DNA of 64,000 nucleotides from Microbotryum violaceum (lineage: Eukaryota). Positions within the stretch are counted from its first letter, which is position 1. Every line of letters begins with the position of its first letter. The position numbers and the translations under genes were made by a program. Below are positions 49,521-63,489 of this stretch, one piece after another. Location of the stretch: NCBI GenBank assembly GCA_001244265.2, contig CDLV01000019.1:124001-188000 (forward strand). Reading direction: 5' to 3'. The notes under the pieces were generated by a model that saw nothing but the letters and a program-made list of their open reading frames with translations, had not been told where the DNA came from and ran no database searches.

Positions 49521-51558
49521 TTTTTTTTATAAAGAGGTAGTAAGATTAGGTAGAAGAATGCGTCGCTTCGGCTAGTGTCGCGCGTCATAGCAGAAAACCG
49601 GGGTATTTCGGGTATGGCTTTGGGAGTGCGCGCTCTGCCAAGACGATCCCAGCATCATCCCAGGATCGGGAAGGAATTTCAGGATGGTCTCAGAATCGAA
49701 AGTCGGACACTGGAATGATCTCGGGACGGTCCCGGCGGCGCTAGGTTGCCAGTCCGGGTATGGTTCTGGAACTCTGGTGTAATCGTCCATGGTACTGGGA
49801 GTAGGAGGTGTCATTATATGGTTGCATCGTCCTTCAGTCTACGTATAGTACCTGTTATGGTACTTCATCTTGAGCCTCTAGCGACTTCATGAATCCCTTC
49901 AGCACCTCATTTGTCTTACCCTTTTTTAGTCACTATTAGCTCTTTATTATCTCCGCTTATCATCCCTTCCTAGTCCTTCTGGAGTTTGTTCCTTAGCCTT
50001 TGGCCACTCTGTTCTCGTCCCGTTCCATTGGACTGAGTCGTGGTCTTCATCAGGTATGCATTCTCTGGAATCCTACTCACTCTGTTCTCGTCCCGTTCCA
50101 TTGGACTGAGTCGTGGTCTTCATCAGTTACCACATGAGAACATTTTTACAATAGGAGGTATGGCTGACAGTGTACCAGGATACATAGGCTTCCGGCTGGT
50201 CAGAGGCATGATGTAGGGCTTGTACAGCATGTGTAGAAATTCTACCGCTCGGGTCCAAAGGACGGCTTGGTATGCACGCGCAGTACAGATGAAAGATAGG
50301 GATTGGAATTGCCGTGAATTACGACAGCCGCAGTTGAGGCGGGGTTGGGTCCAGCATGAGCAGGGGCAAGCCGAGAAAGGGGGAGAAAGGCCGAGACACG
50401 ACAAGACAGCCGACGAGAGTCGGTCTTAACGGTCCTTGCCTCTGCTCCACTCACGCGCTCGCTCACCCAGTCGCAAGAGTCATCATCGGCAAGGCGACGT
50501 CCGCTGACCCTTACTCACCGGTTAGCCTCGACTCATGATGAAAAACTAATCTTGCCTTCGTACTCTATTGCCTATGGGCATGTTTGGTGCGGGCGATTTG
50601 ATGGTGCGATCTGTCATCGTGTACACTACATTGCAGGGGCGCTCTCAACTCCAGCATACGGAGATTGGGGGATGGGAACTCGGGCGCGCTCGGACCTTTT
50701 TAGATTCTGACTTAGATTACCCGAGGCAGCGACTAGCGCGACTCTCCCTCTCTTTTCCCTTAACGTTCCCTATCCTCTTCTACCCGGCATCTTCGTTTGC
50801 TCACTGCGCTGCTCCTCATACGACCGATGGGCCACGTTCATGGTCGAACTGACTCGACTTGACCTCGCCTGCATGCTGCTACTACCCTCACTTGGTTATC
50901 CACCACTCGTCAAACCCACCGGCACGGGTTGAACAAGCGAGTCATCAGGTGAGTAGCAAACAACAAGGTCCTTACGGGCTCCCCGACCCACCGTCCGGAG
51001 CGTCGTCACCCTTGTTGTGCACGGTTGTCCTGTCTCAACGGGCGGGACTTCTCCTGTCTACGCACTCCCGCCCGTTGCCATTACACTTTAAACTGTACAG
51101 TGTGATATGCTTCACTCTCTACTTATTAAATCTTCGTTCCATGACCGCCATACTTTGCCTAGCTGACTTGCTCTCTGGTGGGCTTTACGTTCCTTCCCCA
51201 GATGGGCTGACTGGCTAGCCCCTGTGCCAATTTTGGTTAGTCTCTCCCTCTCGTCCCACACCTCCGACCTTGTTTGAAGCTCTTCTTCCCTCTTTTTGTC
51301 GCTTCCAAATTTGCTGATGATTGTGCTGAGGTTTGTCATGTCTCCATCTCTGTCGTAGGTAGATTTGTTCGGACACTATAATGAGCCTCCTACGCCTCCG
51401 CCAGGCTGTTGACGGCTCAAGGCCATACACTGACCATCAACTAGTTTTGTACAGAACACCAATCATACAAATGCATTTCATAGCCCAACGTGAGTCACCG
51501 CCGGTTCATCTTCGAGCCGCTCGGTCGCTTTTCGGCATCAGAGCCTTGAAGTCAGGGG

Positions 51559-51756
51559 TGAAAGGCACGAGATTGCTCTCAAGCCTCACTGATTCCGAAT
51601 CCAAACAGAAAGGATCAACCGGTGTATTCACAGGCAAAGAAAGACTACCAAAAGGACTAAGGTCAAGAGGCGCCCGTGGCGCCGCGCGCAAGTAAAGCTT
51701 AGGCCGCTGAGGTTGGCTTGAGTTGTTGTGAGGCGTAAGCGGAGCGGCACCTTACA
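51559..51756 (-). mobile_element. Solo LTR family C with TSD AGGGG
   Basis: AGGGG at 51554-51558 and 51757-51761. Reverse complement of 19505-19705. Confidence 0.9.
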
Positions 51757-52159
51757 AGGGGCTCAGCTGACTTGCTCGCGGTTTACTGACAATGTCCCCA
51801 ACAGCTTCCCATTGCAGCAGGTCTGGGTCAATTGCTCTCTCTTGGCTACTTGCCAGCTATCAGTACTAAAGTCTCAAACATAGAGCAGGCCGTTGACATG
51901 CTCTGTTGGCCCCCGACAGAATGAAGCGTTGGCCGTCATCGGGCGCAGCCACCACGTCCGGTAGGTGCCTTGTATGCGCGTCTAGAGCAGCTTTGAGTAG
52001 CAGATGACATATTGTGTTTTTTGTTTAGGCTTGTACTGTATTGCATGTGAAAACCGCACCCGATTACAGCGAGAGAACGACCGCAAAAGTGATTACAAAT
52101 GAATCAAGCATTACGAGTATGCATAAGTAACATTTAAATTGTCTACTAATCGATACCAC

Positions 52160-52490
52160 AACTATCCTGGCACCATCTCGGGATCATCCTGGGACCCAGG
52201 ACTATCCCGCGCCGTCCCAGCACCGTGCCCAGACCGCCGTCAATTCCTGGACCATCCCAGGATTATCCCAGGATCGGCGCGGGTCCCGGGATGGTCCCCG
52301 GACGGTCCCAGCATTGGTGCGCCTGTCGCTGGGACGGTCCCGAGACGGTCCCGGGATGGTCGCAGAGTTAAGGCGCCCAACTCTGGTAGTGCGCCGTGAT
52401 CGCGTGATCGCGTGATCGTCAACGGTCATCCCAGGATGGCAACCATCCCTCGGCCATCCCACGGCCGTCCCGGCCCCGTCCCAAAGCCAT
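52160..52490. repeat. GGGAT/ATCCC-rich palindromic repeat block, probably a TE subterminal remnant
   Basis: Dense inverted CCGGGAT/ATCCCGG motifs and TGATCGCG repeated about 3 times. A related block lies at ~49640-49760. Confidence 0.45.
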
Positions 52491-52515
52491 CCTCAAAATA
52501 TCCACCTTTTTTGCT

Positions 52516-53371
52516 ATGTTGCCCAGGTACGGATGCAATTGCAATACACGGCATTCGCCAAGATCCCACCGTTTGGGTCGATCGACGGAAACGTCACGTC
52601 AGCTACGCCTTTGAAAATCGGCTCTCTTGTCTGCTCTGTATTGAAACGAGGCATGATACCTGTCAGTTGTGACGCCAGCAACATAGGAGAAGAACAACTG
52701 TCGATTGGACTTGGTTCGTACATCTCACCGTAGCTAGCTTACTGCTTCGCAGAGTGACTGCAATCGATCTTACCTCTCTTGGTACGTTACATGTATACCA
52801 TGGCCACGTTAAATCATAGTCAAAGAGGTAGGTAGTAAGTGCAGGTGAGCAGCCCTCGGCGAAGCAGAACCGAAACGGCTGACGCGCGTGCGGGCTCCAG
52901 CGATTTGGTCCGGGCGAACAACGTCCGGACGGCGTTTTCACGATGTTTGAAGATGTTTTAGAGCATTTGAAGCAATTCTAGAGCTATCTTTGGACGCCCG
53001 TACTACGTTGCGCACGATGATTCATGCAGCCAGGACTTGGGCTACTTCGGACCACTCGCTCTTTAGCTGCTCTTGGCCTTAACAGTGATACTGCACCGTA
53101 AGTTGAGTGCCATGAGACCTGTACCAGCCTCCTCTGAGCTGATAACTCATCTCTTCCAATTCTAGGCTTGCCGTTCAGCAAGCCTATGACGAGGCCGATG
53201 CTCAAACAGAGGAACGCTTCCTGCTCGGCGTGTAGATGGACTGGACATTTTGGGGACCTTTTTGGCCGAAAAATCCAAAGATTGGTGGACAAATGAGGTC
53301 CAAAATTCCGGATTTTGGCGGATTTTACCTACGCGCCTCAGGCTGGGCAGGGCTGGGCTTTCGGGGGTCCT
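52516..53371 (+). mobile_element. Right-end fragment of a non-autonomous P-like element
   Basis: Matches 27073-27690 in reverse. Ends GGGCTTTCGGGGGTCCT with a ~10-bp duplication inside the TIR. Confidence 0.9.
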
Positions 53372-53527
53372 AGGCTGGCGCGAAGAGGCACCACGTCCGT
53401 GCCGTATAGCCGGTTGACGAGTGGTCGACGCGTCGTGGTGCCTCGTCTCGTAAATCGAGCCCTGCACATTCGCCTGTTCATGCTCGCGCTCTTACTCTTC
53501 TGACACCACGTCGTTTCAGATTCGGCC

Positions 53528-56500
53528 ATGGTCAGATGTAAGGTCGTCGAGATACGATGGCATGACATGACGTAGGTCGACCCTTCCCCTCTCTTCGCTC
53601 ATGCCGCGTGCCGAGTGATCCTGACATCTGCCTCGAGCACTTATCTTCCCCGCCCACTAGCCCCATCTTCTCGGCAGACTTTCATCAGTTGCCGCCAGAT
53701 CAACACCGCAAGCCGACGCACGGGTATGCACACACGATCTCATCCTCAAATGAGGCTTTTAAGGTTGCGCAAGGGGACGTCGACTCAGCGGGGAATCCAG
53801 AGCAGACCCGAGCATCGGTCGGCCAGAAGATGTGGAGACTGGCTACCTGCGGCGGCGACAAGCATGTCAGGGTCAGTCCACTCTTGCTAAGGGGTTCTTT
53901 TCCGCTTTGTCTTGGGGCGGTCGTATGCCAAGATCGCTCGGTCCGGTCTGGAACACAGCGGCACGCGTAGCTGCTCGACGGCTGGCAAATTGCGGGTCCC
54001 ACCCCTCCTCGGTCTTGACTAAACGTAGCTGAAGCTGACTACGATGTGCATTAATATGGGGTAACCAGCTCTGGCTCGTCAAGCCACACCCAGCCGCTCC
54101 CCCGCCACCAATCTCGTTTGTTGCGTCAAGTCCCAGGCCTAGTGTAGTTGCATCGACGGCAGCACCGGAACCGAGCGTTGAATACTTGGCGACGCTACGA
54201 AGGCATACTGCCGCGGTGAATGTGGTCCGTTTCAATCCAAAAGGTCAGTGAACACGAATCGTGGGCCGCTATGGAGGCGTGTTGTTTTGGAGGAAGTTTG
54301 AGCACTGAATAGTCGATGCGGGCCGCACAGGCGAAATGTTAGCATCTGCGTCGGATGGTACGTCCCCCGACAAAACGTAAAATATTGGTACCGAGCTGAG
54401 CCCCCTCCCTTTATTACTGGCTTGAATGCAGACGGAAACATCATATTCTGGGTACCTGGGGCGCCGACCAAAATGATCGGGGATACTGAAGAGGATACGG
54501 TGTTCGAACGCGAGCAGTGGCGTGCGGCGTCCTACGGTCGGTGAGTTCGTCTGTCCCTATTTCTCGCTCGGAGACTTCCTACGCATTGTGCCATCCATGG
54601 TTTACTGAGATACCACCTTTCGGCACATTGCTCGACTTCCTCCATATCCTCGCACCCTGCCAGTACACCCACCGGGCAGGAAATCTACGATCTGTGCTTC
54701 TCCCCTAATGGCGCCTACGTTGCGGTGGGAAGCATCGATCACACAGTCTATTTCTTCGACGTGGCCCAGGGAAATCTGCTGCACAAGATTGCCGAACACT
54801 CCGGATTTGTGCAAGGCGTCGCATGGGACCCGCGAAACCAGTTCATCGCAACGCAAAGCAGCGACCGCTCGATGCACGTCTACTCGGTAGCGAAGGCCGG
54901 TGATCGCCTGAGTGTTCATCCTGTCAGCAAGAACACAAGGATGGGGATGCAGTATCCTCACAGCACGTCATGGACGCCTGAACCCTGTCCTTCGAGCTCT
55001 GGAATGGAGAAGTATCGAATGACAGGGACGTACGAGACTGCCGGCGAGCCAAGCGATGAAGCCAGTAATGGCGCCCACGAGTCAAGGTCCCTCCACTCCC
55101 GAAGACATTCACATGCGCCCTCGGACCTCTCCGATGTGATGCCAGGCATGCCAGCACATTCACCAGCGGCATCAAGATCCCACCAGGGGCCACCTAGCTC
55201 GGCCACGTCTTCACACGAGCAGGACCAACCGGGGGAACGGTCCTTCTCGGCAATGGATCCTCCGCACGTACCTACTGGACGTCCCCGGTCGCGCCGCTCG
55301 TCCACTTCCAGCCATCCGATTCGATCGCCAAGCCCGGCGCCTTTACCAGCGACCCGCGTTCCGTCGTCCCCTACCATGTCTACAGCGACTCTTCAATCAC
55401 CTGCTTCTGCCTTCGTTCCGTCAACGATCCGGAGCGTCGGCGGAAGCGGAGGACGCGTGGAAACTTTGAGGCTATATACAGACTCCAATGCCACGTTCTA
55501 CTTTAGACGGCTTGCTTGGAGTCCTGACGGAAGCTTGTTGCTAACCCCTGCGGGCATATTCGAGCCACCAAATGAGTCGACATCAACTCAGGACCAGCCG
55601 ATGCGCCATTCCATCCCTTCCACTTCCTCGACTAAGCGAAAAGCGAACGAGGACGAGATCCCGTCCGCGAACGCGTCGGGTCCACGACCGACTGTGTATC
55701 TCTACAGCCGTGCGAACATCACGAGGCCACCCATCGCCCATTTGCCCGGTCATCGCACCACGAGCATCGCTGTTCGATTTTGCCCAGTGCTGTGGAGGCT
55801 ACGCGACCTTAACGAATCCGGTGTTCGTCACGGTGAAGGTCTGGGTGAAGGTCTGCAGAGCCAACACGAGGTCAACGAGCCCTGCGTGATGATCGATCTC
55901 AGGCGCGGCGAGACCGTATGTGCGGATCTTGGCAGACCCTCTGCCGCCTCTACTTCGAAAGCCGAGGACTGGGACGGAGACGGGGACGGGGACGGGGACG
56001 GGGACGGGGACGAGGACAATGACGACTGCGTAGTGATCGAGCCACGACTTTCAGGCGGTTCAGAAGGTCTAAGAGGGCCAAAGCAAGCCTCTATCTCCGA
56101 CGTCTTGCCGTCGCCCGTCGTTCTCTTCGATTTACCCTACCGCATGATCTACGCCGTCGCCACGATGGATTGCGTCTACCTTTACGATACTCAACAAGCC
56201 AGTCCCATCGCGATGTTTGCCAACTTGCATTACGCTCCTTTCACTGATCTTGCGTGGTCACCCGATGGTCAAACCCTCGTCCTGTCCGCAGAGGATGGGT
56301 ACTGTACGGTCGTGGCCTTTGACGAACACGAGCTCGGAATACCACACGACCTGGACGGTGCGCACGAGCTTCCAGCCCTGCCGGCGACGATGGCTGCTTT
56401 CGACGGTCCGATCGCTGTCCAGCCACCTTCTGAATTTGCAACAGTCACAACTCCAGCACATGCGGCGCTGCCTGCGTTATTTGCTTCAATGACCGGGGGC

Positions 56501-56641
56501 ACAGCGCTTTTGGAGGTCCCTGGCGACAAGCGAGCTGCAACAAACGAAGCAGGTCATGCACCTACAAACGAACCGCCCAAGAAGAAGAAGAAGGCGGTCC
56601 TCGTGCATCATGGGCCCCTTGGTAGCTCGATGACCGGATAG
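53528..56641 (+). CDS. CAC2: Chromatin assembly factor 1 subunit B (WD40), multi-exon
   Basis: MVRCKVVEIRWHD, RLATCGGD, HTAAVNVVRF, EHSGFVQGVAWDP..QFIATQSSDRS, YFRRLAWSPDGSLLLTPAG, LPYRMIYAVAT, NLHYAPFTDLAWS. Confidence 0.93.
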
Positions 56642-56799
56642 TGCCCTCGTTGACGAAGCAAGTATCACCTCTCCGAGGTCGAGTGCCGCATCGCTGGCCT
56701 GGCGCAGAGTAAAGAGATCCAAGCGCGTGCTGGCTTCAGCTTGAGATGTTCTTCAGAATATTGGTTTTCTGCAATTGCAACCCCGAGGCTACTCGAGTC

Positions 56800-58155
56800 T
56801 CAAAAGTGCAGAGCCTCGATGGCCATTTTCATGGCGCCTTCCTTTGATTGATTACCTGTGGAGAATTAAGCATTCCTCCACAAGAGGTTTAGCCCATCAT
56901 TCGGTGCATAAGACACTGCTGCACTCACCTCCGATGAAGCCGGCCGCATGAACGAAAATGCAGCCGTCGATGCCAGTCAACTTGGAGAGAGCATCATCCC
57001 GAACGCCGCGCCATCTGAAAGCGAGCCAACGTGTTTTGATTAAAGACGCTCAGCATGCCATCAAGCAGTTGTGGAACATTTCTTCCAGCCCTCGCTGCAA
57101 AACTCACGCCTCAGGCAGAGGATGGCGTAACTCGAATGACTCTTGTGTCATCGGTACGGCCTGAACTCGCCATTTTTCAGACATGTCGCTGCCTTCGGGG
57201 TAAAGCACGTACCACGGACGCTCGCTTTCTGGGATGCAAAGCTCCTGCTCAAGCAGGTGTAGATGTTCCTACAATGATGAATGACAGCGGGGAAGAATCG
57301 GCGCTGATTAACAAGCTCGAGCCGGGGCGACAGTAAGTTGAAACGACGAACCTTCCAAGGCGCAAACATCGGAAAGAGCAAGATTCGTCCAGAGCCGTGT
57401 ACCTCCTTGCGAGATTGCAATGCCTCGAGCACAATCTCGCGTGCTGGCAGCCATGCCTTGGCGGTGTAGTCGACACGCTCGAGCAATTCAGTGCCGGCCA
57501 AGTGACTGGCCTTGAGGAAGCGCTCATCAAGGATCGCATCCGAGTACGGCTCGTTCCAGCGCGGATTGAGATGACCGATTCGCGACGAAATATCAGTGCG
57601 TGACTTATAGAGAGAAGGCCCTGACTGTGCAGCGATGCCGTTGTCGATTCCATCGAACGCTTCGACGAAGTCGGCGTAGAGCTTGAGGTAAAGCGTATCG
57701 ATCGACGGCGAGTGCTGTGGTAGGTCTAGTACGTGAGAAAGGATAGCTCGACCAAAGTGCTTGTACACGAGCCCGGCGGAGCTAAGTTTGGTCACGAAGC
57801 CATGTCCAAAAGTCTCGTTGAAGCCGCGCTGGTGATGGTCGAAGCGCAGTCGCTCGGGCTCGTAGGTTCCGCCTACGTCGACGACAACGGTACATTCATC
57901 AAGCACAGTGGGATCACGCGATCGCACAATCTCCGCTTGACCATATTCGGGAAGCAGGCGCAGAAGAAACACAGCCAGCGCCTCGTCGGCGTGGAAGGTA
58001 CCCGAGTGAGTGCCGATCAATGGGGTCGTTCGAGGCTTCTTCGTTACAGATGCGGTCGACATGGGGATGCAGGGAGGCGAGCGCGTGCAAGAGCGAGGAC
58101 GAGGTATCGCGTGATGGATGTAGGATCGAAGGGTTGAGGTGGGGCGACAGAGCAT
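56800..58155 (-). CDS. MYG1: MYG1 family exonuclease/metal-dependent hydrolase, multi-exon
   Basis: IGTHSGTFHADEALA, VVDVGG.Y....RFDHHQRGF, TKLSSAGLVYKHFG, DGIDNGI, GCIFVHAAGFIG. Confidence 0.95.
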
Positions 58156-58250
58156 TCACGTGGACGAAGTGAAACAAGAAGCCGCGAGCTTAAGTTGCGA
58201 CGCTACCGTCGGCGGTACGCCTGTCACCTCCTGTCACTGGCAGCTGGCAG

Positions 58251-58875
58251 CAAGGGTTATCATAGGATCAGATCACCGGACGATCGGATCACGGTTTTTT
58301 CCCCCATCTCGCGTTGATCAATCCGTTCTTGATCCTATCCAAAAAGATCAATTTGATCTGAGACATTCAGCTGCCTTATATGGCAACAGATGACCACATC
58401 TCATTACAGTTGTCGCTATCGGTGTTGGGCGCATCATTGTCACTACTACCACCACTAGTGTTGTGCCCATCATAACTATCCTCCTCATCCTTGTCGGTAC
58501 CATCATCATCATCATCGGAAATGATCACCTCACTGATTCGCCTTTTTTATGAGCTCCGATTGCGTGCGTTGCCCTCGCCGGTTTAGGTGGGTTTCGCATG
58601 ACATCTACAGAATGCGAGCATAATTTTATAGTCAGTTCAGACTTGTGTAACAAAGGTCATGTCGGAAAGTGGTATACACCCTGTAGAACCCTCTTGTGAA
58701 CGGCAGGTATCAATTAAAGGACTATCTACCAATTGCAAGGTATCGACGCTACCTTTCTTTTTCTTTCTTTGCTCTCCCGAGGCATGATCTTTGTTATGTT
58801 GATCCTGCCCAGCTAAGATCAGGATCGATCTGATCCTCCTTTTGAGGATCAAGATCAAATCTGATCTGATGTAGC
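58251..58875. mobile_element. GATC-rich TIR-element remnant (hAT-like end CAAGGG) between MYG1 and LDB17
   Basis: 58251-58390 resembles the reverse complement of 39380-39499 (CAAGGGT...AGATCAGATC...TGATCTGAGACAT). A second GATC cluster lies at 58790-58870. Confidence 0.5.
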
Positions 58876-59464
58876 GGCAGGCCCAGGGTCTCCCAGGAGC
58901 CAGGGTCTCCCCAGACAGCGCAAGACACTCCCAAGACAGCGCATGACCCGCCTGATGGCTACTTCTGGCCTGAGCCTGTGACGCCTTCCATCCCTGGCGC
59001 ACTCAGGAGTCCATCCGTGGCCGAGCAGACCTAGGCACAGTAGGAGCATCTGCCCCTGTGCCCCTTCGCTGGTCAATCGAGCTCAACAACTATCAAAAGC
59101 AGATTGGCGAAGGTTGGCCGTCGACGCGCCGGGTGAGCGAACGGATCGTCTTTGTCGATTGCTCCTCGGTCAGCAGCTGCATCGCCATCACACATCACTG
59201 GCGCAGGGGAAGGGGTCATCTGGTGCACATCCTGCAGCATTGATCTTCAGGGTCGGTCGATCGTAGTCCGGGCGGCACTCTGGAATCACCGGCCATTACC
59301 AGCCCCCGCGTTTGTCGGCCGATTACCCCCCCCCCCTTCACCAAATTCGGACCCAAGTCGCGACGACACCAACTACCTGCTGTGCGTGCTCACGTGCGTG
59401 CGTGCCTGTGTGCGTGGTCCGTGCTGTGGGCGGTCGGTGGGCTTCAAATCCGTAGACCGGAGAA

Positions 59465-61785
59465 ATGGAATTTGGAGCAGAGTACCACTTCGCAACCTCG
59501 AGCCAGTTCTGGACTGGTCAGTATCTCACAGGCCTCCCGTCCCACCACCGGCCCATCAGCGGTGGATCATGAGGTCTTGCTGATGTCTTCGGACGCACCC
59601 CTTGTGACTGTTCCACTCGACACTCAACCACGTCTCGCGATTGCGCAGAGTTACAAGATTTGTTGGCATGCTCGCCGATGTCGTCCTTGTCCGAGCTGGA
59701 TTCGTCCCTGCGCAACTATATCGCGTTGGTGACCAAGTACATCGGTGAGTGCACGATTGGCCAGCGCTGGGGTGGCGGGGTGGCGCGGATCAGCAGTGCG
59801 TAGCATGTAGCTGATCATCGAATGCATGTGCTGAACCAACTTGTTTAGATGAATACCTCGCCAGCCCCGGCCTCTTCGATAACGCCATTTTTTGCTTGCT
59901 TGAGGCCCCCTTCTTCAGCTCGCACCTCGATCGCATGACGGCCAACGTGATTTCAACTATCTCGCCCGACGCGTCGTACTCGTCTTTGTTCATATCCCTC
60001 ATGATCATCCTGCATCTCGGACTCGCCGATCCTCTGGCCTCGTCCACGATGATCCTGCGAGCCGACCCGACGCGCTCGGGTACGTCAAGGGTGTTTCGGG
60101 CGATGCGAGCGCGATGGCAGGGAGTCGTTCCGATCCTCCTCAAGGCCGTCTGGGAAGCGGGAGTTGTAGAGCATGATCATGCTGTGAGCAAGCCCTACGG
60201 TGCGGAAGTCCAAAGCTCCCTCGGAAGCCACCAACGGTGGGAGGTGCGCGTCGGGACCGCCGCTACAGCCGTCCTCTACGAGATCTGCCGAGTACAAAAA
60301 CTCGAAGCCTTCGAACTGAGTGCGTACCACACCTTTCTCAAAAGCATGTCTGCATGTGCGTCCCAACTGAAGACGCTTGGTCATGCAGCGGTATTCTCTT
60401 ACGACTTCATTGATCATCTTTTCGCCCTCGTTGAGCGGACCAGGGACGTCGAGGACGAAACGTTCAACTACACCTTGATCAAACTCATCATCGCACTCAA
60501 CGAGCAATTTATGGTCGCTTCAATTTCTTCTCAAGCGCAGTCAAATGGAGGCAATGGGGCACTCCCGCCTCCGATACTGCCGCAAGTTGTGGGCGACCGC
60601 AAGCCCGAGCGCGGTCCGAACTTGGTGCTTGAGGCGCTCAAGGATAGGACAAGCGAGAGCAAAACATTTGGGGAAAATGTCATATTCATCCTCAACCGTT
60701 CGAGTCAGTATTGCACGCTTTGCCAGTGGCCCGGTTCATACGCGCACACGAAGAAAAACAACTCGAAACATTTTGCTGCTCGCTGATCCTCGTGCAGATG
60801 GCTCTCCCGACTCACTGTGCGTGTCTCTGCTCATCCTCAAGCTGCTCTACCTCCTCTTCACCACAACCGGCATGCAAGAATACTTCTACACGAACGATTT
60901 ATGCGTATTAGTTGACGTCTTCATTCGCGAATTGTGCGATCTTGACGAGGAGAGCGAAGGGGTAAGTGACCCCTAAAGCCTCGCCTCATGTTACCGAACT
61001 AATATATTCCGCGTCATGGATGATCGTAGCTTAAACACACCTACTTGAGGGTGTTGCATCCATTACTCAGCAACACCCAGCTTCGCCATCACCCGTACAA
61101 AAGGCCTCAGCTGCTGAGAGTCCTCCTGTCTCTAATTTCAAGCTCGTCGTATCGCGAAATCGACCCGACCACCCGACGGCTCGTCGAGCGCAATCTCCGG
61201 GGTAGCTGGTGTGACGGGCTCGAACTAGACCGGGATCGCCTTGGCTTGGAGGCCTCGCATAGCCCGCATGGGCGTGCGACGCGGATCGCACGTTTTCACC
61301 AACTGGACGATGCTCGCAGTGGCCTATCGACCGCCAATAGCAGCTCGATTAGCGTTGACGCGATCGCTCGAGCAGAGCAAGCAGGTGGTACTTCTAAGAA
61401 TCATTTCTCCAGTCATCGCATATTCAACGTAACAAGTACGGCGCTATTATATCCTGCAGAGCTCGTCGCCGATGCCCCAATTCCACCGGAAGCGCCCCCG
61501 TCCATGCCGCCCGCTTTACCAGAGATTGTGACCCAGCCAACATCTCAGGATCATCTTCGTTCGGTGCCCTCCGTTCGGTCCGACTCGCTTGAGAGTTTGA
61601 CGTTGCACCGGAGGAGGAAAGCACCGCCTCCGCCATCGGAACGATCGAATGCGGTGATCCTCGATGTCTGCATGTCCCCTACCACACCCACCAGCCAGCG
61701 TCGCCCCGCGCCGGACCCCCCGGTGAAATCAAAGACCCCAACGGCCCTGCATGTCGGTCCAGCTTCGCGTCATCAGAAGCACTGA
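59465..61785 (+). CDS. LDB17: Ldb17/SPIN90-like (DUF2013) endocytosis/Arp2/3 regulator, multi-exon
   Basis: LYEICRVQKL, IALNEQFMV, KTFGENVIFILNR, EYFYTNDLCVLVDVFIREL, YLRVLHPLL.NTQL, proline-rich tail. Confidence 0.88.
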
Positions 61786-62024
61786 TGTTACAGCTTGGCG
61801 GGGCTCGGCGTCGGTCCACTCCACTACAGCAGTGCAATACATGTAAAAATTCATCGCATTTCAAATTCCCTCCTCCCTCTTCTCAAAACTGTGCAGCGAG
61901 TGATGAGAGCTTGGCTGTGAAGCCGATTGCGCTGATCTGGGAAAGACGGTGCCCGCACTCATGGCTGAGGTATGCATGGGCTCCAGTCAATGACACAGCA
62001 TTGGCAATCCACACGCTCCATACA

Positions 62025-63489
62025 CTAACTAGAGCCCAGTTGCATCGTGCGCGCACTCAAGACTCTCTTGGCCTCCGCTCGAACCTCGCTGTCGGGGGAT
62101 AACATGCGCCAGATTGGAAGGGCGATCTACAGCAAATTAGTCGAAGACAAAGGAATGCCCGATCAGCTTTTCGATTATCTGCTGCGGCCAATTGATACAA
62201 GCCTACCGTGCCGGCAATACCCCACAGCGTATCAATTAGTGCATTGTTCCGCGGGGTGATGCCCCGACTATTTCGCAGCATGTGCCCCACAGGCTCATAC
62301 GTGATGTAAAAGTCGTTTCGTTCCAAGCCTGATCATATGAGAGAGCAGGCGGTAAGAGATCACTAACAGATGGAGAGCCGGGCAGCTATAATCCCGGCGC
62401 GTTGCTTACCTCGAACCATGTGCGCCGCTACCACCTCGGGAGTCTGGCCCTCGTCAGGTCCCTCGATGAGGCGGGTGATGGCGGGTTTGAGTTTCTGCTC
62501 CTCGACAAAGCCGGGTGACAGGATCGTTGCAGGCAGGAACAGATGTACTGAAATGCCATAAATCTGAAGTTCGTTCCGAAGGCTCTCCGCCAGTCCTGAA
62601 CGCAAGACGGATCAACAACACATGAACGACGGCGGTGGAATCTGGCAAAAAGTAGCGCGGGGGTCGTACCCCTAATTGCGTACTTGCTTGGCGTGTAAGA
62701 CGAGTAGCCTGCAAACCCCATCATAGCCAAGATACTGGCTGTCAATACGATTTGTCCCGGTCTCCCTTCTTGTTGCATACGTCGCGTGGCCTCATGAATC
62801 GTGCAAAGTGCGGTCTTGAAGTTCCACTGCAAGCATTGCCAGTGTCGCTCGGCATCGAGGTCGGCAAAGAGCCCGGGGACCGCCCCGCCAGCGCAAGCAA
62901 AGACAAAGTCTGGCGCCGATCCAAACGTTCCACACGCCAGATTGAGGGCCGCTGCGGCATCGTCGGCCAAAGTGAGGTCGCACGCGTAAGAGGCGATGTG
63001 CTGGCTCGGTGATTGGCGGTGGGTCTGGGTTGATTGGTGGTGCATACCAATGAACTCAGCACTCGCGGCGGCAAAAGCTACAAGCCGGGCCATACGCTCA
63101 GCAACCAGCCCATTGTCTGAAAACCCACCTCTATGCGTGGAATGGCCGCATCTAACTTTGCTTTGCTTCTCGAGACGATCGAGACGTGGGCGCCGCGCTC
63201 CACAAGCAAGCAGGCGAGCGCAAGTCCGAGTCCTTCGGAGCCTCCGCCAATGTAGCAGTGCTAGATGCGTGGGGGACACCAGTGGAAATGCATCAGTTTC
63301 CTACATGTCACTCTGGCCCCCTTTGTGCTCGCTCGCACAGCCTCAAAGGCGACGCACCTTGCCGGAGAAGTCAATCCGACGACGCCAGAGGAAGCTCATG
63401 AGCGCCACGATCGAGACGAGCAGGGCAAATGTGGCGGTGATGTAAGGGATGGCGTTTGAGCTGGGGATCCAAGTATACGCCGATGACAT
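62025..63489 (-). CDS. TSC10: 3-ketodihydrosphingosine reductase (SDR), multi-exon
   Basis: N-terminal TM segment, TGGSEGLG, FACAGGA.PGLF, GFAGYSSYTPSKYAIRGLAESLRNEL, PATILSPGF..EQKLKP.IT..IEG. Confidence 0.9.

Noticed and set aside
49545-51550. Possible gene or LTR remnants, including a ~48-bp direct repeat at ~50005 and ~50078
   Set aside because: No coherent ORF or recognisable motif; not supportable from sequence alone.
52381-52391. CACTA terminus (reverse complement CACTACCAGAG)
   Set aside because: No matching opposite end or TSD was found.
55970-56012. GGGGAC hexamer repeat
   Set aside because: It is an ordinary coding microsatellite (Gly-Asp run) in a CAC2 loop.
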